Of a stretch of DNA of 64,000 nt, positions 52,282-63,819 are shown piece after piece. The DNA lies in assembly GCA_030390025.1 (NCBI GenBank), contig CM059433.1, forward strand, positions 20,896,001 through 20,960,000. The letters are read 5' to 3'. Source of the DNA: Squalus acanthias (Eukaryota). The notes beneath the pieces were generated by a model. It was not told the DNA's origin, did no database searches, and was given only the letters and a program-made list of their open reading frames with translations. Position 1 is the stretch's first letter. Each line of letters opens with the position of its first letter. Position numbers and translations under genes: made by a program.

Positions 52282-54292
52282 GCCACATCCAGTCGTGAAT
52301 GGTGGTGGGCAATTAAACAACTAACAGGAGGAGGAGGCTCGATGAATATCCCCAACTTCAATGATGCCAGAGCCCATCAAGCGACTGCAAAAGACAAGGC
52401 TGAAGCATTTGCAACCATCTTCAGCCAGAAGTGCCGAGTGGATGATCCATATTGGCCCCTTCCTGAGGTCCCCATCATCACAGAAGCGAGTCTTGAGCCA
52501 ATTCGATTCACTCCACGTGATATCAAGAAATGGCTGAGTGCACTGGATACAGCAAAGGCTATGGGCCCCGATAACATCCTGGCTGCCATGCTGAAGACTT
52601 GTGCTCCAGAACTAGCCGCGCCTCTAGCCAAGCTGTTCCAGTTCAGCTACAACACTGACATCTACCCGACAATGTGGAAAACTGCCCAGGTATGTCCTGT
52701 CCACAAAAAATAGGACAAATTCAATCCGGCCAATTACTGTCCCATCAGTCTACTCTCAATCATCAGCAAAGTGATGGAAAGTGTCATCAACTGTGCTATC
52801 AAGCGGCACTTACCAATAACCTGCTCTCCGATGCTCAGTTTGGGTTCCGGCAGGACCACTCAGCTCCAGACCTCATTACAGCCTTGGTCCAAACATGGAC
52901 AAATGAGCTGAATTCCAGAGGTGATGTGAGTGTGAGTGCCCTTGACATCAAGGCAGTATTTGACCGAGTGTGGCCTCACGGAGCCCGAGTAAAATTGAAG
53001 TCAATGGGAATCGAGGTGAAAACTCTCCACTGGCTGGAGTCATACCTAGCACAAAGGAAGAGGGTTGTGGTTGTTGGAGGACAATCATCTCAGCCCCAGG
53101 GCATCGCTGCAGGAGTTCCTCAGGGCAGTGTCCTAGGCCCAACTATCTTCAGCTGCTTCATCAATGATGTTCCTTCCAACATAAGGTCAGAAATGGGGAT
53201 GTTCGTTGATGATTGCACAGTGTTCAGTTCCATTCAAAACTCCTCAGATAATGAAGCAGTCCATGCCCGAATGCAGCAAGACATGGCCGACATTTAGGCT
53301 TGGGCTGATAAGTGGAAAGTAACAGTTGCGTCACACAAGTGCCAGGCAATGACTATCACCAACAAGCGATAGTCTAACCACCGCCACTTGACATTCAACG
53401 GCATTACCATCGCCGAATCTCCCACCATCAACATCCTGGGGGTCACCATTGACCAGAAACTTAACTGGACCAGCCACATAAATACTGTGGCTACAAGAGC
53501 ATCTCAGAGGCTGGGTATTCTGTGGTGAGGTCTCACCTCCTGACTCCCGAACGCCTTTCTACCATCTACAAGGCACAAGTAAGGAGTGTGATGGAATACT
53601 CTCTGAGTGCAGTTCCAACAACACTCAAGAAGCTTGACACCATCCAAGACAAAGCAGCCCGCTTGATTGGCACCCCATCCACTACCTTAAACATTCACTT
53701 CCTGCACTACCGGCGCACCGTGGCTGCAGTGTGTACCATCTACAAGATGCACTGCAGTAACTCGCCACGGCTTCTTCGGTAGCACCTCCCAAACCCGCGA
53801 ACTCTATCACCAAGAAGGACAAGGGCAGCAGGTGCATGGGAACACCACCACCTCCAAGTTCCCCTCCAAGATACACACCATCCTGACTTGGAAATATATC
53901 GCCGATCCTTCATCGTCGCTGGGTCAAAATCCTGGAACTCCCTCCCTAACAGCACTGTGGGAGTACCTTCACCACACGGACTGCAGTGGTTCAAGAAGGC
54001 GGCTCACCACCACATTCTCAAGGGCAATTAGGGATGGGCAACAAATGCTGGCTTTGCCAGCGACGCCCACATCCCAGGAACGAATAAAAAAAAAACTGAG
54101 GTTTTTATTTTGATAGCCACTTTGGATCTGGCTATGAATTTGGTGTGCTCGGGTTTATTTGCACGATCCAAATCACTGATCAGATTAGTCATCCGATTGC
54201 AGCTGATATATGCACATACTGTAATTGAAACTAAAAGTATGGGGAGCTGTTGACGTGATAAGGTTTTGCAGCCCTTTTTTCTTTTGGCTTTT

Positions 54293-54460
54293 AGGGGAAA
54301 TAAATTGGTCTTCAGCAATTGCGCAAAACAGGCGATAGCGAATTGGCAGCCCGTTTTACACTCCGCCCGACATTCTTAAAAATAAATCAGGTGGGGTGTA
54401 AAACAGGCTGCCAATTCACTATCGACCACTTTGTGCTATTGCCAAAGGCCAATTCCACTC
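54293..54460. mobile_element. Short palindromic MITE
   Basis: Arms GCGATAGCGAATTGGCAGCCCGTTTTACAC / GTGTAAAACAGGCTGCCAATTCACTATCG. Confidence 0.65.
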
Positions 54461-55227
54461 CACAGATTTAAGGTGATTGGCAAAAGAATCAAAGGCGACA
54501 TAAGGAAACACATTTTTACGCAGCGAGTGGTTAAGATCTGGAATGCACTGCCTGAAAGGGTGGTGGAGGCAGACTCAATCTTATCTTTCAAAAGGGAGAT
54601 GGATAAATATCTGAAGGAAAATAATTTGCAAGGCTACGGGGAAAGGGCGGGGCAATGGGACTAGCTAAGTGTTGGCACGGGCTCGATGGGCCGAATGGCC
54701 TTCTTCCGTGCTGTAACCATTCTATGATTCTATATTTAAAAGGATATATTGGCCTTGGAGGGAGTGCAACGTAGGTTTACCAGATTGATACCCGGATAAG
54801 GTGAGATTATACAAACTAGGGTTGTATTACCTGGAATTTAAAAGGTTAAGGGGTGATCTGATCGAAGTTTTCAAGATATTAAGGGAACAGATAGGGTAGA
54901 TAGAGAGAAATTATTTCCGCTGGTTGAGGATTCTAGGACTAGGGGGCATAGCCTAAAAATTAGAGCCAGGCCTTTCAGGATGAAATTAGGAAACACTTCT
55001 ACACGCAAAGGGTGGTAGAATTTGGAACTCTCTTCCGCAAATGGCAATTGATGCTAGATCAATTGTTAATTTTAAATCTGAGATTGATAGATTTTTGGTT
55101 ACCAAAGGTATTAAGGGATATGGGGCAAAGGCGGGTCTATGGAGTTACATCACAGATCATCCATGATCTCATTGAATGGCGAAACAGGCTCGAGGGGCTA
55201 AATGGCCTACTCTTGTTCCTATGTTCA
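54461..55227 (+). mobile_element. Two adjacent CR1 3' fragments (54461-54733, 54735-55227)
   Basis: HRFKVIGK...IWNALPERVVEADS; second fragment RLRGDLIEVFKIL; two tails. Confidence 0.85.
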
Positions 55228-55678
55228 GGAATATGTCTTGTTATAGATTCAACCTGGCTATTTGTTTTTACTCATCAAGTGCCCAGCTTTTGGGATAACT
55301 AGCAAAAAATGGTGAGACCAAAAAAGAATGTTGTAAGCTTCTATTGCCAAGGAAACACATTTTATTGCTACACAACTATAACAAGATGTTGCCTTTCTTA
55401 AGTGATAATAATGGATTACAGAACCTTCGACCAGTCCTCACCCATTCCTTCAATTGTATTGTTACTTCGCATGCGAGTAGTATTTGACTAACTTGCCATG
55501 CCGAATCAATTTTCCCTGGTAGAGCTAAACTACAACTGATCTAAGCAATAATGTGCTATTTTCCAGCCGGAACACACCATGAATAGCAAACCTCGGAATA
55601 TAAGTGGACGCTAGATCAGAAAATGACATTACATTGTGTACTTGCATTGTAAATATCTACACATCAGCTGAACTGATT

Positions 55679-55866
55679 GGGGTAGATTTTGATGTTGTGG
55701 GATAGTGTAAAATGGGTGATAGTGAACAGGCAGCCTGTTTTACATCTCTCCCGATTTTTACTTCTATTGACTTCAATGGAAATAAAAATCAGGAGAGAGA
55801 TGTAAAATGAGCTGCCAATTCGTTATCACCCATTTTACACTCTCCCACAATGTCAAGAGCTACCCC
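55679..55866. mobile_element. Palindromic Harbinger-type MITE, 188 bp
   Basis: GGGGTAG...CTACCCC, TSD ATT, full-length imperfect hairpin. Confidence 0.85.
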
Positions 55867-55961
55867 ATTGTATGCAAGTGACCGTAAATGATATTTTTTT
55901 CCCTGTTTAAATTGATTCTGCATTTGCCCAGTGTAGCTCAGCATGGTTGTTTGCTCTACGC

Positions 55962-56856
55962 CAGCGTATCCCAACCTGTGGTGTCCGCGAGGGTACTGCA
56001 GGTGGTCCGCGAAAAAAAATAATTATGATACTGTAATAATAATATCATCATGTGTACCTCGTATGTATCATATTCGATATTACATTATTATTCGCAATGT
56101 AATATGCTTCACAAACATCCTTGTGATTCTCTGAATTTTAATAGTGTGGCGCTTTTGCGTGACGTCAATGTGAACCGACGCTCTTAGAAAATTCGACGGT
56201 TAGAGCGCGGGAATCAAAAAATGGATCGGTGGCTTTTATCTGGCACGCGTAAGCGAACTCTCTACTATGGTCAAAATGACAGTGAGACATCAGCAAATGA
56301 AACTCAGCACAACAAAAGTAAGCGGAAAGTGAGGAGAAAATACAGCAGTGAATACTTAAAACTGGGATTTACTTACACTGGAACTGAGAACGAACCGTTA
56401 CCAGTATGTGTCGTGTGCTATGATGTTCTGTCGAATGAAAGCCTAAAGCCCGCTAATCTTCACCGTCATCTTGAGACTAAGCATGGGGAATACGTGTCCA
56501 AGCCAATTGGATTTTTTTACAACCAGCTCAAAGAATTTCAACGTAGCAAGACAATTCTGGAATGCACATCTAAAGGCAGTGATAATGCTAAGGCGGTGGA
56601 GGCTTCGTACCGGGTAGCTAGGCTCATAGCAAAGACAGGGAAGCCGCACACAATTGGGGAGGAGTTGATATTGCCAGCGGCTAAGGAGATGGTGGGTGTT
56701 ATGCTGGGAGAGGGGGCGTGCAAGCAAATTAACATGATTTCATTGACTCCCGTCAGCCATAGGCTATGTTAAAAAAAATTTAAATGGCTAGTGGTCCGCA
56801 GAAGCTTTTGATGACGATGTAGTGGTCCGCATAAAGGAAAAGGTTGGGAACCGCTG
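55962..56856 (+). mobile_element. hAT (Buster/Charlie) internally deleted transposon
   Basis: 8-bp TSD CTCTACGC with central TA; TIR CAGCGTATCCCAACCT / AGGTTGGGAACCGCTG (14/16); subterminal GTGGTCCGC repeats. Confidence 0.93.
56221..56772 (+). CDS. Truncated hAT transposase: BED-type zinc finger N-terminus, no catalytic domain
   Basis: RKYSSEYLKLGF...CVVCYDVLSNESLKPANLHRHLETKH...ASYRVARLIAKTGKPHTIGEELILPA. Confidence 0.85.
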   Translation: MDRWLLSGTRKRTLYYGQNDSETSANETQHNKSKRKVRRKYSSEYLKLGFTYTGTENEPLPVCVVCYDVLSNESLKPANLHRHLETKHGEYVSKPIGFFYNQLKEFQRSKTILECTSKGSDNAKAVEASYRVARLIAKTGKPHTIGEELILPAAKEMVGVMLGEGACKQINMISLTPVSHRLC

Positions 56857-58374
56857 CTCTACGCATAAGTTTTTAAGTTACTGTAGTTTTCTGTCAAGCT
56901 GCACATCGACCTCCAGTGACCCCAGTTTCTTGGGCAAATCATCCTGTTCTCAGGTTACCTAATTACATTTTTACTATGTGTCGGTACTGAGCTGCCCAAT
57001 CAATTAACTCTTTAATCTCATGCCAATTACGACATGCACATTGTTCAGCCATGTCTTTATGGATATAACACTGCAGAAGTACGCAGCTCTCATGATCCCC
57101 TCATTTGGAACATTATGAGAGGGGAGGGGGGGGAATTTGGTGTAGCACAGGAAACCGGTGTGAAATGGGTCTTGTGCCTTGAACGTGCACTCGAAGACGC
57201 CAGCCCGCGGTGCATGCTCCACCCAGTTGATGACAAATTTCGAGTAGGGGCTCCTAAAGCCTTGATTTGCATATTCAAGGTGCCTAATGCCTGTTGCAAA
57301 CGGGTGCCCTGGACACTTGGAAGTCACTGGGTTTCAATTTGGCCAGTGCACTTCTTAGGGAGATTGGGTGTGAGAAGTCTTGGTCTGAATTTGGACCCCA
57401 CCAAAGCAAATCTTTTGCCCAAGGGTAGGAGAAATTGATGCTGTGAGTTGCTGGGCAGGTCTTGCCCATTTGGCCCTTGCACACTTCCAGTAGCACATCT
57501 GGAGAAGGGAAGGGGGAGCATAGGTTACAAAGCTGTCATCAAGACAACCCTTGAAATATAACTCATAGCAGAATGAGTCATGTGGTTTGGGGATTCACAG
57601 TATGCTTTGGTGCCGGTGAATGAATAGGGTGAGAAGCAAAAGCATGCTAACAATTGTGCTAAACCTGAGATGGGGATGGGGATGGGGAGAGGCCTGCCAA
57701 TTTATCATTTAGTACTCCATCCATGCCTTCTTGGTCAGTGGTCAGGAGGGTAGCCCCCACAAAATCACTCAAGGCCCATAAGATACAGGTCCTCCCGCGA
57801 ATAGAGAAATAAAGGCGAGATGTTCAAATCATCAGTGGAAACACACAATGATATGCAAGTGTCGTTGTGTAACACATATTGGGTGCAATTACATGTGGAT
57901 TCTCCATGCCTTGTGTTTTTACATTCAATTTATTTTGCATAATTCACTTTAAGGATGTGGCATGAAGGATCACTTACAAGCATAGGTTGCTGGTGCATAA
58001 TGGCCTTAGTATTCCTTCAAAGTACTTCTATCGTAATTCTATAAAGATTGTGTGCGAGGGAGTTAATATGTGTGCCATGCATATTTAGGATAACTAATTA
58101 AAATAAGGTCATGGTGCTTAGTCCTGTCTTGATGAGGTCTGCACACTTCATCTACACGAGCTGCTAGCTCCCCTGAGTGTTACACTTTCCACTGACATGC
58201 ATGGCCATTTCCTGTCAAACATTCTGTGATGCTTGCCTGGGTGGATTGGTGTCCTGGGTTATCAAACAGCGACCCCTTCCTCTGCTGCACTTGCTCTGGC
58301 AGCACTTACAGAAACACTAGTAAATCTTGGGGCTGCGGCACTTTTACTCGCCATTATTCTCCACTTGAAATTAA

Positions 58375-59135
58375 GGGGGAGAAATTGGGTGTCGCCCCGA
58401 TTGGGGCGATAAATTTTAAAAGTTGAAAAAATTAGCTCCAGCCGCTAATGTTTTTCAACTTTTGAAAAGTTCGGGGTTTGCGCTCCAGGAAGGAAGTGGG
58501 GCACTAAATCAAACGCTAAATCATATGCTCCACTTCCTTCCTGGAGCGCAGCAGGCAGAAGGCGGGGCAGCAGGTGAGCAGCGCTGCACACTGGGCCGTG
58601 CAGCACTGCCACGTTGGAAGACTCCTTCCCTCCCTTAAAAGGAAGGGCCATCGTTGCAGGCTCTGCAAGGGCAAAACTTACCTGGTCCTCGACAGCAGCT
58701 GCAATCCGGCCCGATCAGCCCGATGCACTGCAGCAGAGTGCCGGGCCGATCGATCGCTGGCGAAGAAAAATGAAAAACAAACAGAAAGAGCATTTCACAA
58801 TTATTTTCACTTACCTCGGCCACCTCGCCTTTAAGTATCGCCCCCCGAAGCGCGCGGCCTCCCGATGAACGCCTCCTGCAGCTGTCGGTGTTGTCGCCCG
58901 GGGGCGGAACCGAAGTTCGGGTCCGGGGCACTACTGGGGCGATGCGCATGGCGATGACGTCACGATCTCCGGGCGAAAGAGATCGGGGCGCAGCGCCCTA
59001 CCGCCGCCGCAAACGTCCCGCCGAATATAGCACGAGTCCATCTTCTCACGGCAGCCGGTCGGTAAGTGCTTAGCGGCCCGTTATCGCCCCCCAGAGGTGC
59101 TAATGGGAGGCGCTAAGGTGCCCAATTTCTCCCCC
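58375..59135. mobile_element. PIF/Harbinger MITE, 761 bp
   Basis: Perfect 15-bp TIR GGGGGAGAAATTGGG; TSD TAA. Confidence 0.92.
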
Positions 59136-59470
59136 TAAATGTGTTTAAAAATGCTGCTTGCTTTAAGCTGCTGCTGCAGGCCTTTAAATCCTGCAGCAGC
59201 CCCGAATTTCCTTCCCTGCCATTCAGAGAGCAATCTTTGAATAGCAGACATGCTTCCTGCTTGGAGTTTGCTGAGAGTCAGTTCTTCAGCACTGAGACTG
59301 GAAAGTTAATGCTCATATCTCTCTTAACAAATCAATATCCCTACTTCCTTCAGGCACTACAAAGTATTAGCCGCACAGAAAAAGGCCATTCAGCCCAATA
59401 GATCCATGCCGGTCCACACGAGCCTCCTCCCAGCCTTATTCATCTAACTCCATCAACATATCCTTCTATA

Positions 59471-60543
59471 GGAGAGCAGGAATAAACGGGTCATTTTCAG
59501 GGTTGGCAGGCTGTATCTAGTGGGGTGCCGCAAGGATCAGTGCTTGGGCCTCAGCTATTTACAATCTATATCAATGACTTAGTTGAGGGGACACAGTGTA
59601 ATATATCCAAGTTTGCTGACGGTACAAAGCTAGGTGGGAAAGTAAGCTGTGAGGAGGATGTAAAGAGGTTGCAAAGCGATATAGACCAGTTAAGTGATTA
59701 GGCAAGAAGATGGCAGATGGAGTATAATGTGGGGAAGTGTGAAATTATCCACTTTGGTAGGAAGAATGGAAAAGCAGTATATTTTTTAAAAGGTGAGAGA
59801 CTAGCAAATGTTGGGATTCAGAGGGATTTAGGGGTCTTTGTACATGAATCACAGAAAGTTAGCATGCAGGTACAGCACAAAATTAGGAAGGCAGATGGTA
59901 TGTTAGGCTTTATTGCAAGGAGATTGGTGTATAAGAGTAAGGAAGTCTTGCGGAATTATATAGGGCTATAGATATATAGATACCACATCTGAAATACTGT
60001 ACAGTTTTGACCTGCTTACCCAAGGACGGATATACTTGTCTTAGAGTGGATGCAACAAAGGTTCACTAGATTGATTCCTGGGATGAAAGGGCTGTCCTTG
60101 AGCAGAAATTGCAGAGAATGGGCCTATGTTCTCTGGAGTTTCGAAGAATGAGAGGTGATCTCATTGAAACGTGTAAATTCTTAGAGGGCTGGACAGGGTA
60201 GATGCTGAGAGGCTGTTTCCCCTGGCTGGAGAGTCCAGAACTAGGGGTCATAATCTCAGGATAAGGAGTCAGCCATTTAGGACTGAGATGAGGAGAAATT
60301 TCTTCACTCAGAGGGTTGTTAATCTTTGGAATTCTCTACCCCAGAGGGCTGTGGATGCTCAGACGATGAGTATATTCAAGACTGAGATTGAAAGATTTTT
60401 GAGCACGAAGGGAATCAAGGGATATGGGGATAGGGCGGGAAAGTGGAGTTGATGTAGAAGATCAGACATGATCTTATTGAATGGCAGAGCAGGCTCGAGG
60501 GTCCATATGGCTTACTCTTGCTCCTATTTCTTATGTTCTTAAT
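59471..60543 (+). mobile_element. CR1 fragment inserted in an opposite-strand CR1 tail (about 59372-59470 and 60547-60755)
   Basis: GVPQGSVLGP, MEYNVGKCEIIHFG; TTCTTATG tail. Confidence 0.88.
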
Positions 60544-62527
60544 GTTCATTCCTCCCTCATGTACTTATCTAGCTTCCCCTTAAATGCATCTATGCTTTTT
60601 GCCTCAACTACTCATGTGGTAGTGAGTGGCACATTCTAACCACTCTCTGGGTAAAGAAGTTTCTCCTGAATTCCCTATTGGATTTATTAGTGCATCTTAT
60701 ATTTATGGCCCCTCATTCTGATCTCATCCGCAAGTGGAAACATCTTCTCTATGTCTTGATCTGTTTTAGTCTTGGTAGTGTCCTTCACTATGGGCATTCA
60801 CCCTTCACCTAGTTCCTCAGTCCAAAAATATCCAATAATGTAAGAAACCTGGTTTATATATGTGGAACTCGTTACTACATTGGAATGTTTGAGGCGAATA
60901 GCATAGATGCATTTAAGGGAAAGCTAAATAAGTACATGAGGCAGAAAGGAATAGAAGGACATGTTGTTGAGGTTAAGTGAAGTAAGGTGGGAGGAGGCTC
61001 ATGTGGAGTATAAATACCGGTATAGACCTGTTGAGCTGAGTGACATCTTTCTGTGCCGTAAATTCCATGTAATAATATATCACACCTCTTGCTTCACAGC
61101 CTACTTATTCACTAGCACCAAAAGATACAGTGAAGCATAACACTATGTGACTTATTCTTCTGTATTATATTTTAAGGGTTGACTTGATGAGTATGTTCCT
61201 CCTTCTGTTCTCCAGATGTGTCGCTGGAAGCTGCGAAAGGCCAAATAGGGCACATCAGCCCAGAATCTCACAGCATCACTCCTTCGCTTGCAAGCACCAA
61301 TTCAGGTGTATCTATATTGGGAATTTAGCTGAGCAGGAACAGGTTATAATTGCAGAGAAGGAGAGGGAACCCGCCATCTAAAAGTCCAGCTCACATCCAA
61401 TTTCACCCGTTAAACCCAGACTTCATGGGGGCCTGCTTTTAAAAGAAGAATGCTTTCTGTGGACTGAACCTTGGTAATTGAACAGCGTGCTAAACAACCC
61501 GCAGCACATTCTGTCGCGGAAAAATCAGACCAGCTCAGTTGACATATTGGACAAGTCTGGCTTCGGGCAACTGTTATTAAACTGATGAGCAGCTTTTATG
61601 GTCTCGGCTGATGATCCGGAGACAAAAGTACAATTAGGATTTTCAGTATTGGTTGGGATAGAACTGGATTTTTTTAATGCATACTGGGAATTGTTTCTGT
61701 GTAATGTAGAAAGGTTAAAATTCATTCAGTTATGGATAAACTGACTCACTGCAGTACTCTCAAATGACGAGTGGACTTTCCTGTGGGCTACACTGTTTCT
61801 CCTTGTATTTTTTCCTCCAGTACAGTAGAGCCAAAATATCTCTAAGATTTTATTGAAAAGTACCAAATATAATCTGAATTGTATTGCAAACACTTAGGCT
61901 GTTAATTAAATGGATCGTGTTCATTGCGGCAGATTTGATGCTGGAAAAAGACTGATTTTGGGAGAGTAGTTGTTTGCTTTTGGCTATTTTCCTTTCTGTG
62001 CCCAAATCAGCATTTTCTTTCTTTAAAATAAGCGCATCTCTGTAGATAAGAATTATTCTGACTCTGTGATAATATTACAGTGAATAATTTGAACAGCAAG
62101 GCCATGCCTTGGTTGTATCTGACAGTGCTATCATCAAAAAATGCCACATTCATTTTCTTGCGGCTCAGCTTTACTATTACTTTATTCCATTTCTTGATGG
62201 ATATTTTTAATTGTACTGCCAGCAACATGACTGAATGCTTTTAGCCGTACGCATCGGTTAAGCTTTACTTATCAGATAACTTCAACTTTTATTTAACGCA
62301 CACAATATCTCCTTCTTGCCGCCAGCTCTTTCCTATCAGTTCATTTCTATAGTAAGTACAAGCTTCAAAGTGCACAATGGCTGCTTTGGAGAGGTCAATA
62401 CCACACAGTGGAAGGGAAATGCAGATAAGTACCTCGTCATCTTGGCTATTCTCACACATTTCCTGGTGGAAGACCCTGAGACCAGGCCATGTGCATGTGT
62501 TCGCCACCAGGGATATTGGTTATCTAC

Positions 62528-62977
62528 AAATAAAAGAAAAAGACTTGCATGGGATATAGTGCCTTTCATGACCTCAGGACGTTCACAGCCATTTAAGTAC
62601 TTTTGAAGTGTTGTAATGTAGAAAACGTGGGAGCCAATTTGCGCACAGCAAGGTTCCACAAACAGCAACATGATAATGACTGGATAATCCATTTTAGGCG
62701 TTGACTGAGGGGTAAATATTGGCCAGGACACTGGGAGATGTCCCCTGCTCTTCTTCGAAATCGTGCCATGGGATCTTTTACGTCTACCTGAGAGGGCAGA
62801 AGGGGTCCTCGTTTTAACATCTCATCTGAAAGAGGGCACCTCCGACAGTGCTCAGTGCTCCTCAGTACTGCACTGGAGAATCAACCTAGACTTTGTGCTC
62901 AAGTGCTTGGAGTGGGGCTAGAACCCATAACCTATTGACGCCGAGGCGGGAGTGGTACCACTGAGCCACGGCTGACA
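62528..62977 (-). mobile_element. Deu-domain SINE
   Basis: Reverse complement of 29016-29491. Confidence 0.88.
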
Positions 62978-63040
62978 GTTGCGTAAATAAAAATGAAAAT
63001 TATATTTTGATTTATCAGATTCTTGAGTTAAATGTGAACT

Positions 63041-63668
63041 AAAAAGAAAGAAAAACTTGGATTTACATTGCGCCTTTCACAACCTCAGGACGTCCCAAAG
63101 CGTTGTACAGCCAATGAAGTACTTTTGAAGTGTAGTCACTGTTGTAATGTAGGAAACGCAGGAACCAATTTGTGCACAGCAGGATCCCAAAAACAGCCAT
63201 GTCCAGATTATCTGTTTTTGTGATGTTGATTGAGGGATAAATATTGGCCAGGACATACTCCCCTGCTCTTCTTGGAAATAACGCCGTGAGATCTTTTACG
63301 TTAACCTTTATTCCATTTCTTGATGGATATTTTTAATTGTACTGCCAGCAACATGACTGAGTGTTTTTAGCCGTACGCATCGGTTAAGCTTTACTTATCA
63401 GACAACTTCAACTTTTATTTAACGCACACAATATCTCCTTCTTGGCGCCAGCTCTTCCTATCAATTCATTTCTATAGTAAGTACAAGCTTCAAAGTGCAC
63501 AATCGCTGCTTTGGAGAGGGCAGACGGGGCCTCAGTTTAATGTCCCTCAGTACTGCACTGGAGTGTCAGCCTAGATTTTTGTGTTCAAGTCCCTGAAAGT
63601 GGGACTTGTACCCACACCCTTCTGACTCAGGAAGGTGAGAGTGCTACCAGCTGAGCCACAGCTGACAC
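63041..63668 (-). mobile_element. Deu-domain SINE carrying a 214-bp captured local segment
   Basis: SINE similarity at 63041-63305 and 63514-63668; 63306-63519 copies 62180-62394. Confidence 0.88.
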
Positions 63669-63690
63669 TTCCTAGAACACTCCTAGAACA

Positions 63691-63819
63691 CTTCACCTGA
63701 CGAAGGAGCAGCGCTCCGAAAGCTTGTGATTTCAAATAAAGCTGTTGGACTATAACCTGGTGTTGTGCGACTTCTCACTTTTGTCCACCCCAGTCCAACA
63801 CCGGCATCTCCGCATCATG
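63691..63819 (+). mobile_element. Penelope-like family A short insertion with hammerhead (63693-63729)
   Basis: TSD ACTTCCTAGAACA (63667-63679, 63820-63832) plus an extra partial copy at 63681-63690. Confidence 0.87.

Larger units (their letters stand above)
48413..54095 (+). mobile_element. Near full-length LINE family B (APE endonuclease + RT, degenerate) with tRNA-like head and nested insertions
   Basis: EN motifs LLTNIWG, PDIVILRESYL, YRPP, DFNVHH, LDLVLT, SDH; RT motifs QFGFR, ALDIKAVFDRV, GVPQGSVLGP, FVDD; poly(A) tail. Confidence 0.9.
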
